Below are positions 47,591-57,468 of a DNA stretch of 64,000 nucleotides, one piece after another. Source of the DNA: an uncultured Alphaproteobacteria bacterium. GTDB taxonomy: Bacteria > Pseudomonadota > Alphaproteobacteria > Rhizobiales > Xanthobacteraceae. Position 1 is the stretch's first letter, and each line of letters opens with the position of its first letter. Under the pieces are notes generated by a model that did not search any database, was not told the DNA's origin, and saw nothing but the letters and a program-made list of their open reading frames with translations. The stretch covers positions 462,110 through 526,109 of the forward strand of contig CAVVVG010000007.1 in NCBI GenBank assembly GCA_963751615.1, in the 5' to 3' direction. A program made the translations under genes and the position numbers.

Positions 47591-47607
47591 GTTAATTAGC
47601 GGATGGC

Positions 47608-48531
47608 TTATTTCAGCTGCGAAGCAAGTAGGTCGAAGGAGAGCTTCGCTGCAAAAGTGCCTCTGCACCAGCCGCCAACATTAAACGAACCACCTGGATT
47701 GGGAGTTGCATTCCAGAATTCAATACAGCCGGTCGACGAGAGACTTGTGTCGCTGTAGCGAAGGTCAAGAGTGAAGACCTTATAGGTGAATCCACCGCCG
47801 ACGTTCCAAGTCGAGTAACTCGGGATACTGTAACCTGTGAATGGCGCCGGTACGAAGTTTACATTTTGGCTAAACGTTGTGGCTCCGCCCTCCACATTGA
47901 AGCGACCCCAGGCGCCCGATACATACATACCCCAATCCTTCGCAAAGTAGGTGCTCGGGACTACGTACTTGGCGTTGATTTCATAGTACTGGCTGTTCTT
48001 GCTGTAATTCAGAAGATCGGGCGAATAGTAAAAGGCGCCACCGATCGAAAGAGCATCAGTGACCGCAAGAGTCGCTTTCGCATAGAACTCGCCGAAATCA
48101 CTGGTGAAGCCGCCTAAAGACGCCGGAACATTGTGTGGGTACAGATAATAAATGTAACCGAAATCGAAGCTCCACTTACCGACGGTCGGGCGCCAGCCAC
48201 CATAAAGATCAACCTCGGCACTCGGGCTATTCAGAAGATAACCGCTACCCGATGGCCAATCGATGCCAGCGCCAGCGATACCGATGTAGAATTCCTTATA
48301 GTGCGGCTCGAAGTAAGCGCTCGCCGACGCACCGTGGTTCGATTGCGTGATGCCACGGAAGATATAATCGCTGGCAATACCGCCGCCGAATGCGATGTCA
48401 AAGTCGGGAGTGGCGGGCGCAACAGGTGCAGCCTTCCCCTTCATCGGCAAATCCGCCGCCAGCGCCGGTCCGGAAAGCGCCAGCGCGAGCACGCCTGCCC
48501 CAACGAGAGATTTGATAGCAATATTGCGCAT
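47608..48531 (-). CDS. TorF-family (TIGR02001-like) outer-membrane beta-barrel/putative porin
   Basis: Signal peptide, then FDIAFGGGIASDYIFRGITQSNHGASASAYFEPHY and alternating beta-strand pattern. Confidence 0.7.
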   Translation of the reverse strand: MRNIAIKSLVGAGVLALALSGPALAADLPMKGKAAPVAPATPDFDIAFGGGIASDYIFRGITQSNHGASASAYFEPHYKEFYIGIAGAGIDWPSGSGYLLNSPSAEVDLYGGWRPTVGKWSFDFGYIYYLYPHNVPASLGGFTSDFGEFYAKATLAVTDALSIGGAFYYSPDLLNYSKNSQYYEINAKYVVPSTYFAKDWGMYVSGAWGRFNVEGGATTFSQNVNFVPAPFTGYSIPSYSTWNVGGGFTYKVFTLDLRYSDTSLSSTGCIEFWNATPNPGGSFNVGGWCRGTFAAKLSFDLLASQLK

Positions 48532-48616
48532 GTTTGACCCCCAATTCGCGCTTATAACGGCCCCGCAAGTTCAAATGTAATTTCGATTATCGGCGCCAAA
48601 TCAGCAATAATAGTAT

Positions 48617-48633
48617 TTGAGCAAGCTGCTCAA
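48617..48633. promoter_or_regulatory. Perfect 7-3-7 palindrome TTGAGCA-agc-TGCTCAA in an AT-rich divergent intergenic region (candidate operator)
   Basis: Read directly from the sequence. It lies between the divergent porin-like gene and the DUF2865 gene. Confidence 0.25.
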
Positions 48634-48905
48634 TTGCTATGCAAAAGGGCATATTTCACGATGAATTCCTGCGTATGTGACAAATATGATACAATTAAAA
48701 ACGATAAAAACTGGGACTTTTGGCCCGTTACAACATTTCTGGCCTGTCCCACTTTATCACGCGAATCGCATAACAAAACGGGATGCCAAATTAGGCGGTA
48801 TATTTCCATTCGAAGGCCCATCCCATGCGCGGTTGTTCTCGACTTTGCCTTCATAGTTCGGTCAAGTTTGCCGCCCTTCATGAAATACTGGAGATCAATC
48901 GACCC

Positions 48906-50057
48906 ATGTTTCTCAGTCGTCTTGTCGGTATTTCAGCAGCGCTTTTCCTGAGCCTGCTCACAGGAGCTGCTGCTCAGATGTACCCGCCAGGTAACGTTCC
49001 CGGCGGCCCTCCACCTGGCGTCTATGTGCCTCCACCTCCCGGCAACGAGTCTGGAGGCGGGACAAATCCCATATGCGTTCGTCTCGAAACCGCTCTTGCC
49101 CAATTGGATGCTCCTGCGAGTGCAGGATCCGATGGCGGCCGCCGCTACGAAGACGCCATCGCCCGCCAGAAGTTCGAACTCGATCAAACCATTATGCAAG
49201 GCCGTCGCGCTGGATGCGATTCGGGAGGATTTTTCATTTTCTTCGCCCCGAGGTCCCCGCAATGTGAGCAAATAAATGATCAAATCACTCGGGCGCGGAG
49301 TAACTTGGATCGAATGACTGCTGATTTGTCGCGTACCCATGGCGGTGGCCTGGACGTCAATCGCGATCTACAGCGCCGGCAGCTTCTGGCCTCGCTACAG
49401 CAGAATAATTGCGGTGCTCAATATCGCAACTCCGCTCCACAACAACAGGTACGTTCACGTAGTTGGCTTGAGAATTTGTTCGGAGGTCTGCGTGAAGAAA
49501 GCGAGATCAATGCCACGCCGCTTGATCTGCCATCTTCGTCCACGTTCCGAACGCTTTGCGTGAGAACCTGCGACGGCTTTTATTTTCCAGTCAGCTACGC
49601 AACTGTTCCGTCGCGATTTGGAGAAGACGAACAGACCTGCAAGCGTTTGTGCCCCGCCGCCGAGGCCGAGCTCTATACGCATCGTAACCCCGGCGAGCAA
49701 GTCGATCGAGCAACTTCGATCACAGGACGCCTCTATTCGGAGTTGCCGACGGCGTTCAAATATCGCCAGGAATATATCCCGAGCTGCTCCTGCCGAGCGG
49801 CAGGGCAAAGCTGGGCAGACGCACTCGGTGTCGGTAAAGATCAGACAGTTCAGCAGGGTGATATAATTGTCACTGAAGAGCGCGCCAAACAAATGGCGCA
49901 ACCGAAACAGCCGAATCCACCAAAAGGTGGCGCCGCTTCTCAACCTGTCACTAGCCAACTACCGCCTGGCGCCGAACAAGAGCCGCAAACTCAAAACACC
50001 ACCGAAGGAACGCGAAAAGTGCGGACCGTCGGACCGGAATTTTATCCCGTTCGCTAA
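48906..50057 (+). CDS. DUF2865 domain-containing secreted protein
   Basis: Signal peptide MFLSRLVGISAALFLSLLTGAAAQ, a Pro/Gly-rich region and the hallmark FRTLCVRTCDGFYFPVSY...CKRLCP. Confidence 0.8.
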   Translation: MFLSRLVGISAALFLSLLTGAAAQMYPPGNVPGGPPPGVYVPPPPGNESGGGTNPICVRLETALAQLDAPASAGSDGGRRYEDAIARQKFELDQTIMQGRRAGCDSGGFFIFFAPRSPQCEQINDQITRARSNLDRMTADLSRTHGGGLDVNRDLQRRQLLASLQQNNCGAQYRNSAPQQQVRSRSWLENLFGGLREESEINATPLDLPSSSTFRTLCVRTCDGFYFPVSYATVPSRFGEDEQTCKRLCPAAEAELYTHRNPGEQVDRATSITGRLYSELPTAFKYRQEYIPSCSCRAAGQSWADALGVGKDQTVQQGDIIVTEERAKQMAQPKQPNPPKGGAASQPVTSQLPPGAEQEPQTQNTTEGTRKVRTVGPEFYPVR

Positions 50058-50066
50058 GGAACGTTT

Positions 50067-51437
50067 CTAGGTTTCTTTGCCTTTTAGTCTGGCCTCGGCT
50101 CGGGCATAGCCCATAAAAGGCAACAAAACTCGCAATTCCGGACCATTTTCTCGACCGGTCAGCGCAAGCCGTAACGGATGAAATAGCTCCCGCCCTTTGC
50201 GGCCCGTTACTTGCTTCAGTTTTTCGACCCACGCATCCCAGTTTTGTTTGTTCCAAGTCGCTTCGGTCCACGGGTCTGGTGGCAATTCTTTCGAAGCCAT
50301 CTGACAGATCTTAGTGTCTAATCCGGTCACGGACGGCGGCATTGGCTCGCTCACAATGCGCCACCAGGACGCAACTTCGTCAAACCGCGTTAAATTTCCT
50401 CGAACTGCTTCCCAGAATGTTTTATCGATGCCGGCACCAATCACAGCCAACCGTGGGGCAGCGATGCTGAAGGGCATAATGTGAAGGGTCCGGGAAGTTA
50501 GCGCATCAAGATCTCTGGGATCGAAACGTGCGGGCCCATGCGATATGCGCGCAAAATCGATCTTTGCCGAAAGACTCGCAAGATCTCTCACCGTCTCGAC
50601 CGCATCGGCAGTTCCCACCAGCGTTGCCGCGACTGCAACAGCTAGAGGTTCCTGACCTGCCTCACGCAAAGACCTCAGCGAAAGGTGGCCCAGTCTTTTC
50701 GACATCCCCTCGCCACTTGGCAACGTTAAAAGATTGTGGTGCGCAAAAAACGGCGGCTGCACCTCGAGCGCTTCGAACATTTCGATCTGGGCAGCTGTGT
50801 TCGTAACATGATCTTCTCCGCGGATGACATGGCTCACCTTCATATCAATGTCATCGATGACCGATGTGAGGGAATAGAGCCAATTGCCATCAGCGCGTCG
50901 CACCACCGGATCGGACAGGGACGCTGTGTCAATTTCAGAAGGACCCCGAACAAGGTCATTCCATTTGATTTTTTTATGGCCAAGCTTAAACCGAAAATAA
51001 ACTTTGCGCCCCTCGCGTTCGAATTTCATACGATCGGCATCGCTTAATGCCAGCGCAGCACGGTCATAAACGGGCGGCTTGTGCGCGGCCAGTTGACGGC
51101 GGCGGCGAAATTCCAATTCTTCCTCGGTTTCATAACAGGCGTAGATTCGGCCGGCTTTTTTTAGTTTTTCAAGCAAATTTTCGTAAACCGCAATTCGCGA
51201 TGACTGTCGCTCAATCCGATCCGGTTTAATGCCCAGCCAATCCAGATCATCGCATATCGCATTTACATATTGCTCTTCTGAGCGCGCACGATCTGTATCG
51301 TCCAGACGTAGGATAAATACGCCTCCTTCGCGCTTCGCATAAAGAGCATTGAAAAGTGCCGTACGTGCATTGCCGATATGCAGAAGACCTGTGGGCGAAG
51401 GCGCGAAACGGACGATTGGAGGCGACATTATCGGCAC
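50067..51437 (-). CDS. gltX: Glutamate--tRNA ligase
   Basis: RFAPSPTGLLHIGNARTALFN (HIGH) plus a KMSKS-like GMSKRLG. An alternative ATG lies at 51428. Confidence 0.95.
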   Translation of the reverse strand: MPIMSPPIVRFAPSPTGLLHIGNARTALFNALYAKREGGVFILRLDDTDRARSEEQYVNAICDDLDWLGIKPDRIERQSSRIAVYENLLEKLKKAGRIYACYETEEELEFRRRRQLAAHKPPVYDRAALALSDADRMKFEREGRKVYFRFKLGHKKIKWNDLVRGPSEIDTASLSDPVVRRADGNWLYSLTSVIDDIDMKVSHVIRGEDHVTNTAAQIEMFEALEVQPPFFAHHNLLTLPSGEGMSKRLGHLSLRSLREAGQEPLAVAVAATLVGTADAVETVRDLASLSAKIDFARISHGPARFDPRDLDALTSRTLHIMPFSIAAPRLAVIGAGIDKTFWEAVRGNLTRFDEVASWWRIVSEPMPPSVTGLDTKICQMASKELPPDPWTEATWNKQNWDAWVEKLKQVTGRKGRELFHPLRLALTGRENGPELRVLLPFMGYARAEARLKGKET

Positions 51438-51593
51438 TCTAGGGATTGGGCGTTATGAAGCCAATATTCGGGTCAATGACGCCTTCATGCGGTGCTGGCG
51501 CAATGCCTGCGACCATAAGACACTTAAATGTTTTCCTGACACACCCCCGACCTCGTGATTGCACAAGGCGAGCGTGCGCTCCATGCTGGAACG

Positions 51594-51887
51594 ATGCAGA
51601 ATCAAAAGAAATCCGATCCCAAACACGGTCGGAAATGCTTTGTTTATGTACTGGGCAGTAACGGCAAAGGAGGCCTCCGCACCTATGTTGGATGGACGCT
51701 CGATCTTGAGCGGCGTCTGAGCGAGCACAACACGGGTACAGGAGCCCGTTCCACACGTGGGCGGATTTGGGTTTTGCTTCACGCCGAACGTTTTACGACA
51801 CGCCGCGCCGCCATGAGCCGCGAATGGTATCTCAAACGTGACCGTCGCTTTCGCAAAAGTCTTATGGCAAGAAAGAGTGATATGTAA
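51594..51887 (+). CDS. GIY-YIG nuclease family protein (small stand-alone)
   Basis: CFVYVLGSNGKGGLRTYVGWTLDLERRLSEHN...R...REWYLK shows the GIY-YIG core. Confidence 0.75.
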   Translation: MQNQKKSDPKHGRKCFVYVLGSNGKGGLRTYVGWTLDLERRLSEHNTGTGARSTRGRIWVLLHAERFTTRRAAMSREWYLKRDRRFRKSLMARKSDM

Positions 51888-51969
51888 TCCCGGTTTTTTG
51901 GCGCGTTGAGCAGTCATTGCCGCCTACCTGCATATTGTGTTGATCCATTCCTTTCGCGCCGGGCAGAAA

Positions 51970-53706
51970 TTAAAAATCTATCGCTGCATTCGGCATCGGC
52001 ACGGTGCCTTCGACAAGCGAATTGTCTGGCTGCGCTATTGCAGTCCCGGGATCGCGGAATTTGTTCACAATCGGGTAGCGGCGGTCGCGGCCAAAATTTC
52101 TGAGCGTCACCTTTACTCCAGGCGCGGCCTGCCGCCGTTTGTATTCAGCGGTATTCAACAGCTTTTCCACGCGCGTCACGGTCTCCGGATCGAAGCCTGC
52201 GGCAATGATTTCGGAAACCGGCTGTTCGCGCTCGACGAGCCGTTCCAAAATCACGTCGAGCACCTTGTAGGGAGGCAGCGAATCCTGATCTTTCTGGTTC
52301 TCACGTAGTTCTGCCGTGGGCGCTTTCGTCAGGATATTTTCGGGAATCACCGGGCCATCGGGGCCAAGCGCGCCCGCGGGCTTCCAGCGATTGCGCAGTT
52401 GCGCGAGACGATAGACCTCGGTTTTGTAGAGATCCTTGATCGGGTTGAAGCCGCCATTCATGTCACCATAGAGCGTCGCGTAGCCGACCGACATCTCCGA
52501 CTTGTTGCCCGTCGTTACCACCATCGACCCAAACTTGTTCGAAATCGACATCAGGATTGTGCCACGTGCGCGCGCCTGAATATTCTCTTCGGTGGTGTCT
52601 CGTTTCTGGCCCTTGAACTGGGCAGCAAGCGCCGCCTCGATACCCTCGACCGCAGGCGCAATCGGGATCGTGTCGTAGCGCACGCCGAGCGCCTTTGCGC
52701 ATTTTCCGGCGTCGTCGAGCGAGTTTTTCGCGGTGAATTTGTAAGGCAGCATCACACAGTGAACGCGCTTCGGACCGACTGCATCAGCGGCGAGCGCAGC
52801 ACAAAGCGCCGAGTCAATGCCACCAGAAAGACCAAGCACGACGCCGGGAAAGCCGTTCTTCGCGACATAATCGCGCAGCCCTATCATGCAGGCGATGTAA
52901 TCGGCCTCGTCGCCCTCGCTGACCGGTTCATTCGGCCCACTTAAGCATTTCCAGATGTCACCTTCACGCCTCCATTCGGTCAGCACGACTTCTTCCCGAA
53001 ACGAACTCATCTGGAAGGCGAGCGTCTTGTCGGCATTTAATGCGAACGATGTGCCATCGAACACCAGCTCATCCTGGCCGCCAACCTGATTGACGTAAAT
53101 GAATGGCAGCTTCGATTCGATCACGCGTGAGACCGCGATGTTGATGCGCAGCATTTGCTTGCCGTGGTGATATGGCGAGCCGTTCGGCACAACGAGAATT
53201 TCCGCGCCTGTCTCGGCGAGGCATTCCACAATGTCGGGCACCCATACGTCCTCGCAAATCGGGACGCCGAGGCGGACGCCTCTGAAGTCGATCGGTCCCG
53301 GCATCGGACCGGGCACAAACACGCGCTTCTCGTCGAACACGCCGTAATTCGGGAGATCTAACTTGAAGCGGAGGCCGGCAATGTGGCCGGCATCTAACAG
53401 CGCCGCGGCGTTATAGAGTTTGCCGTCTTGCATCCACGGCGTGCCGATCAAGAGCGCCGGGCCGCCGTCCTTTGTCTCGCGGGCAAGCTGTTCGACTGCG
53501 CTGCGGCACGCAGCTTGAAAGGCGGGTTTCAACACCAAGTCTTCCGGCGGGTAGCCAGCGATGAAAAGTTCGGAAAAAATCACGAGATCGGCGCCCTGTT
53601 TTGCCGCTTCCGCACGCGCGCGACGTGCGCTCGAAGCGTTGCCGGCAATGTCGCCGACGACGGGATTGAGCTGCGCAATCGCAAGCTTGAGGCGATCTTT
53701 GCCCAT
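51970..53706 (-). CDS. nadE: Glutamine-dependent NAD+ synthetase
   Basis: N-terminal CN-hydrolase domain (LKLAIAQLNP...ELFIAGYPPEDL) plus a C-terminal NAD synthetase domain with the SGGIDS P-loop. 578 aa. Confidence 0.95.
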   Translation of the reverse strand: MGKDRLKLAIAQLNPVVGDIAGNASSARRARAEAAKQGADLVIFSELFIAGYPPEDLVLKPAFQAACRSAVEQLARETKDGGPALLIGTPWMQDGKLYNAAALLDAGHIAGLRFKLDLPNYGVFDEKRVFVPGPMPGPIDFRGVRLGVPICEDVWVPDIVECLAETGAEILVVPNGSPYHHGKQMLRINIAVSRVIESKLPFIYVNQVGGQDELVFDGTSFALNADKTLAFQMSSFREEVVLTEWRREGDIWKCLSGPNEPVSEGDEADYIACMIGLRDYVAKNGFPGVVLGLSGGIDSALCAALAADAVGPKRVHCVMLPYKFTAKNSLDDAGKCAKALGVRYDTIPIAPAVEGIEAALAAQFKGQKRDTTEENIQARARGTILMSISNKFGSMVVTTGNKSEMSVGYATLYGDMNGGFNPIKDLYKTEVYRLAQLRNRWKPAGALGPDGPVIPENILTKAPTAELRENQKDQDSLPPYKVLDVILERLVEREQPVSEIIAAGFDPETVTRVEKLLNTAEYKRRQAAPGVKVTLRNFGRDRRYPIVNKFRDPGTAIAQPDNSLVEGTVPMPNAAIDF

Positions 53707-53860
53707 ATAAAAGATGTAAACCGGCCGAACGCCTGCCGCAACGGCGGCATCTTCTTCTCAAAAATGGGCAATTGCTGTACTTTGCACGGACATAAAAGAG
53801 TTGGCTGCGGCGTCTTCAGATAGCGACGCTCTGCCGCCGTTGGATTTTCCGGAAAAACCG

Positions 53861-54739
53861 ATGATCCGTATTCATAGGTCGGTCACGAAGATCGTCACAC
53901 TAATCTCCATCGGAATCGCCGTTACGGTGTCCGCCGCCGGAATAGCGACGGCTGGCAGCGTTGAGGTATTTCATGCCGATTTGCTTGCGGGCCCGTTGCG
54001 CGAGGTCAAAAAAGCCTTCGAAGTGAAAAACAAGGATATCACCATCAATCTCACCTCGGGTGTTTCGAAGGAACTGGCCGAACGCATTCTCAAAGGCGAC
54101 ACCTGTGACGTCTTCGCCCCGTCGTCTCCCGCAGTCGCGGAAGATTTGATGAACAAAAAAATTAACAACTCCAATCAGGATGCCATTTCCTGGTATGTGA
54201 TCTTCTCGGGAAATGAAATGGTGGTCATCACGGCAAAAGGTAATCCGCTCGGAATCCATCAGATTGCGGATCTTGCAAACCCCGCGGTGAAATTCGTCCG
54301 CGTGACGGGCGATAAGGATCTCGCCACCGGCCGCACAATCGAATTTTTGAAGCGGTCGACGAGCCTCGAAGGAAAACCGGACCTCGCACAAAAGATCATA
54401 GACGCGGCGATCGTTGACCCGTCCAAGGCAACGTCGATACCCGATACTGTGCGCGCGGTCCGGGAAGGAAAAGCAAGCGCTGGCGTCGTTTATTATTCCG
54501 CCGCCGTTGCCGCGCGAAACGATATCGACATCATTCGTTTTCCCGCAAGCGTGAATTTGAGCGAGGCGATTCGAAATGCGGCCTCCGTCCCGGGCACTGC
54601 GAAAAATCCAAAAGAGGCTATTGATTTCATTCGTTTCTTACTTACCGCCGAAGGGCAGAGGATCCTCAACGATGCCGGTCAGCCGCCGGTAGTTCCTGCA
54701 ATTCGTAAAGGCAACGTTCCCGCGGACATCACAAATTGA
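53861..54739 (+). CDS. Periplasmic substrate-binding protein (molybdate/tungstate ModA-like fold), orphan
   Basis: N-terminal anchor IVTLISIGIAVTVSAAGIATA, then a type II PBP-like sequence. No permease or ATPase gene is adjacent. Confidence 0.55.
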   Translation: MIRIHRSVTKIVTLISIGIAVTVSAAGIATAGSVEVFHADLLAGPLREVKKAFEVKNKDITINLTSGVSKELAERILKGDTCDVFAPSSPAVAEDLMNKKINNSNQDAISWYVIFSGNEMVVITAKGNPLGIHQIADLANPAVKFVRVTGDKDLATGRTIEFLKRSTSLEGKPDLAQKIIDAAIVDPSKATSIPDTVRAVREGKASAGVVYYSAAVAARNDIDIIRFPASVNLSEAIRNAASVPGTAKNPKEAIDFIRFLLTAEGQRILNDAGQPPVVPAIRKGNVPADITN

Positions 54740-54781
54740 CTTCGTGAGATCGAACGCGAGCGCACAAATTTTGCAAAACCG

Positions 54782-56167
54782 TCAGTTTCCGGCGATCGCC
54801 CGTATTTTGCGCGCGTGCCCAGAGCGCTCTTTTTTGAGCAAATCGGCAACCAGGAAGGCGAGTTCAATCGCCTGATCGGCGTTGAGCCGTGGATCGCAGA
54901 AAGTATGGTAACGGTCAGATAGATCCATCTCGCCAATCGCTTTCGCGCCGCCCATACATTCGGTGACGTTCTGACCAGTCATTTCCAGATGAATGCCGCC
55001 CGCATGGGTGCCCTCGGCGGTATGCACCGCGAAAAATTCCTTAACCTCTTGCAAAATTTGCTCGAAGCGCCGGGTCTTGTAGCCGTTTGCGGTTACCGTG
55101 TTGCCATGCATCGGGTCGCACGACCATACAACAATGCGCTTATCCAATTTGATCGCACGAATGAGCGCCGGCAGATGCGCCTCGACCTTGCCTGCACCAA
55201 AGCGGCAGATCAAAGTCATGCGGCCAACCTCACGTTCGGGATCAAGGATGTCGAGGAGCTTAAGCAACTCATCCGCCGTGAGCGATGGCCCGCATTTCAG
55301 CGCGATCGGATTCTTGATGCCGCGGCAGAATTCGACATGGGCGTGATCGAGCTGGCGTGTGCGATCACCGATCCAGAGCATGTGGCCAGACGTGTCATAC
55401 CAGTCACCACTCGTGGAATCTACGCGTGTCATCGCCTGCTCATAACCGAGCAGCAGCGCCTCGTGGCTCGTGTAGAAATCAGTTGTGCGCATTTCCGGAT
55501 GTGTTTCCGGATCAATGCCGCAGGCGCGCATGAAATCGAGTGATTCTGTGATGCGTGCGGACAACTCTTCGTAACGATGCGACTGCGGGCTGTCCTTGAC
55601 AAAACCGAGCATCCATTGATGAGCATTGGAAAGGTTAGCGTAACCGCCGGTCGAGAAAGCACGCAATAAGTTCAGTGTCGCAGCCGATTGACGATAGGCC
55701 TCAACCTGCCGGCGCGGATCGGGCGTGCGCGCCTCCTTGGTGAAGGCGTTGTCGTTAATGATGTCGCCGCGATATGTCGGAAGTTCGACATCGTTCTGTC
55801 TTTCGGTCGGCGAGGAGCGCGGTTTTGCGAATTGGCCAGCGATGCGACCAACCTTCACCACCGGAAACGATCCAGCGAACGTCATCACCACTGCCATCTG
55901 AAGGAAGACGCGAAAGAAATCGCGGATGTTGTTCGCGCTGTGCTCGGCGAAACTCTCGGCGCAATCACCGCCCTGTAGCAGGAAAGCGTCACCGGCCGAG
56001 ACCTTGGCAAGCGCGCGCTTAAGCGCCCTCGCCTCTCCAGCGAACACGAGCGGCGGATAAGACGCAAGGGTACGCTCAGTCTCCGCCAATGCTTTCGGAT
56101 CAGGATATTCCGGTACCTGCACGATCGGTTTCGATCGCCAGCTATCCGGGGTCCAACGGTGCGCCAT
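54782..56167 (-). CDS. Class II 3-deoxy-7-phosphoheptulonate (DAHP) synthase
   Basis: 461 aa. The N-terminus [19 protein letters not shown] and the length are typical of the plant-like class II AroA enzymes. Confidence 0.9.
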   Translation of the reverse strand: MAHRWTPDSWRSKPIVQVPEYPDPKALAETERTLASYPPLVFAGEARALKRALAKVSAGDAFLLQGGDCAESFAEHSANNIRDFFRVFLQMAVVMTFAGSFPVVKVGRIAGQFAKPRSSPTERQNDVELPTYRGDIINDNAFTKEARTPDPRRQVEAYRQSAATLNLLRAFSTGGYANLSNAHQWMLGFVKDSPQSHRYEELSARITESLDFMRACGIDPETHPEMRTTDFYTSHEALLLGYEQAMTRVDSTSGDWYDTSGHMLWIGDRTRQLDHAHVEFCRGIKNPIALKCGPSLTADELLKLLDILDPEREVGRMTLICRFGAGKVEAHLPALIRAIKLDKRIVVWSCDPMHGNTVTANGYKTRRFEQILQEVKEFFAVHTAEGTHAGGIHLEMTGQNVTECMGGAKAIGEMDLSDRYHTFCDPRLNADQAIELAFLVADLLKKERSGHARKIRAIAGN

Positions 56168-56317
56168 TATCGCCTCTCCAGGGGAGGCCGGGGTTATACA
56201 CTCAACCCGTTAAAAGATGCCAGTTATCAAAGTTGCGGCTTTAATCAACGTAAATTGTTGGATTCTTCAAAGCCTGCCGAACCAATTGTAGCCCTGATAT
56301 TCCCGAAAGCCGCCAGG

Positions 56318-56512
56318 TTAATCGTTGGTAACGTACATCTCGGTGACAAATTTTGGATTCTGGAAGCCGAGCTTAGTTGGAATGCGAATCTTCATCGGAA
56401 AGCCGTAAGAGCGCGGCAAAGTCTGACCCTCGTATTTGAATGGCATCCGCGTCTGTAGCTGCATCGCCATTGGCATATCGATGGACGTCGAACAGTCCTC
56501 GGGCGCAGCGGT
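56318..56512 (-). pseudogene. C-terminal remnant of a molybdopterin-dependent (sulfite oxidase/MsrP-YedY family) oxidoreductase
   Basis: DCSTSIDMPMAMQLQTRMPFKYEGQTLPRSYGFPMKIRIPTKLGFQNPKFVTEMYVTND matches only the last ~60 residues of that family. The N-terminal ~200 aa are absent. Confidence 0.5.
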
Positions 56513-56598
56513 GTGATCAGTTTCGCGTGACTCGCGCCGGTTTGCGAGCAGCGATAACCGGTGTTTATTCATCCTTAAGTCCATTACGGGGACAACGC

Positions 56599-57465
56599 AT
56601 GAACGGCCGGCTGACCGAAACCGAATTGTATTTTCCGGCCACTGACGGCTATCCGCTCGCTGCGACTTTGCGCCGTCCGGCGACGAAAACCGGCGGAGGA
56701 TTTGTACTTATCACCTCAGCCACCGCCGTTCGTCGTCAATATTACGGGAAATTCGCGTCTTATCTGACGGAATGCGGTTTTTCCACGCTAACTTTCGATT
56801 ACCGCGGGATTGGTGGCTCACGGCCCGCCTCATTGCGCGGCTTCCATGCACGAATGCGCGATTGGGCTGCGCTCGACATCACTGCTGCCGTCGACTTTGC
56901 CGAACGCGAAGCATACGGCGAGCCGCTTCTCTATGTCGGCCATTCCTACGGCGGACAGGGGTTGGGGCTATTGCCCAACAATCGAAAAGTGTCACGCGCC
57001 TTGTTCGCGGCGGCACAAATCGGCTACTGGCGGCTGTTTCCCGCGCCGGAAAAATACCGCGCCTATATGATGTTGAAATTTTTTGGTCCGGCTGCGGCGC
57101 ACCTTTTTGGCTATGTGCCGGGCAAACTTGGACTTGGCGAGGATCTGCCGAAGGATGCATTCCTCGAATGGGCAAGCTGGTGCATGAAACCAGGCTATCT
57201 GTTCGATGACGAGACGCTCGATACGCGTGTGAATTTTCCAAACTATCGCGGCGCGTTGCGGGGCATCGGCATGTCGGACGACGACTGGGCCCCGCCGATC
57301 GCGGTTGAAAAACTTCTCGCCGGTTATATCGGCACGAAGGCCGAGCACATCACCGTTCACCCTAACGACATTGGTGTGAGGAAGATCGGTCATTTCGGAT
57401 TTTTTCGGGAGCTCGGGCGCGAAAAACTATGGCCAGCCGCCGCAGATTGGCTAAGCCAACGCTGA
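56599..57465 (+). CDS. Alpha/beta hydrolase family protein
   Basis: MNGRLTETELYFPATDGYPLAATL... with the nucleophile elbow VGHSYGG. 288 aa. Confidence 0.75.
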   Translation: MNGRLTETELYFPATDGYPLAATLRRPATKTGGGFVLITSATAVRRQYYGKFASYLTECGFSTLTFDYRGIGGSRPASLRGFHARMRDWAALDITAAVDFAEREAYGEPLLYVGHSYGGQGLGLLPNNRKVSRALFAAAQIGYWRLFPAPEKYRAYMMLKFFGPAAAHLFGYVPGKLGLGEDLPKDAFLEWASWCMKPGYLFDDETLDTRVNFPNYRGALRGIGMSDDDWAPPIAVEKLLAGYIGTKAEHITVHPNDIGVRKIGHFGFFRELGREKLWPAAADWLSQR

Positions 57466-57468
57466 ATG

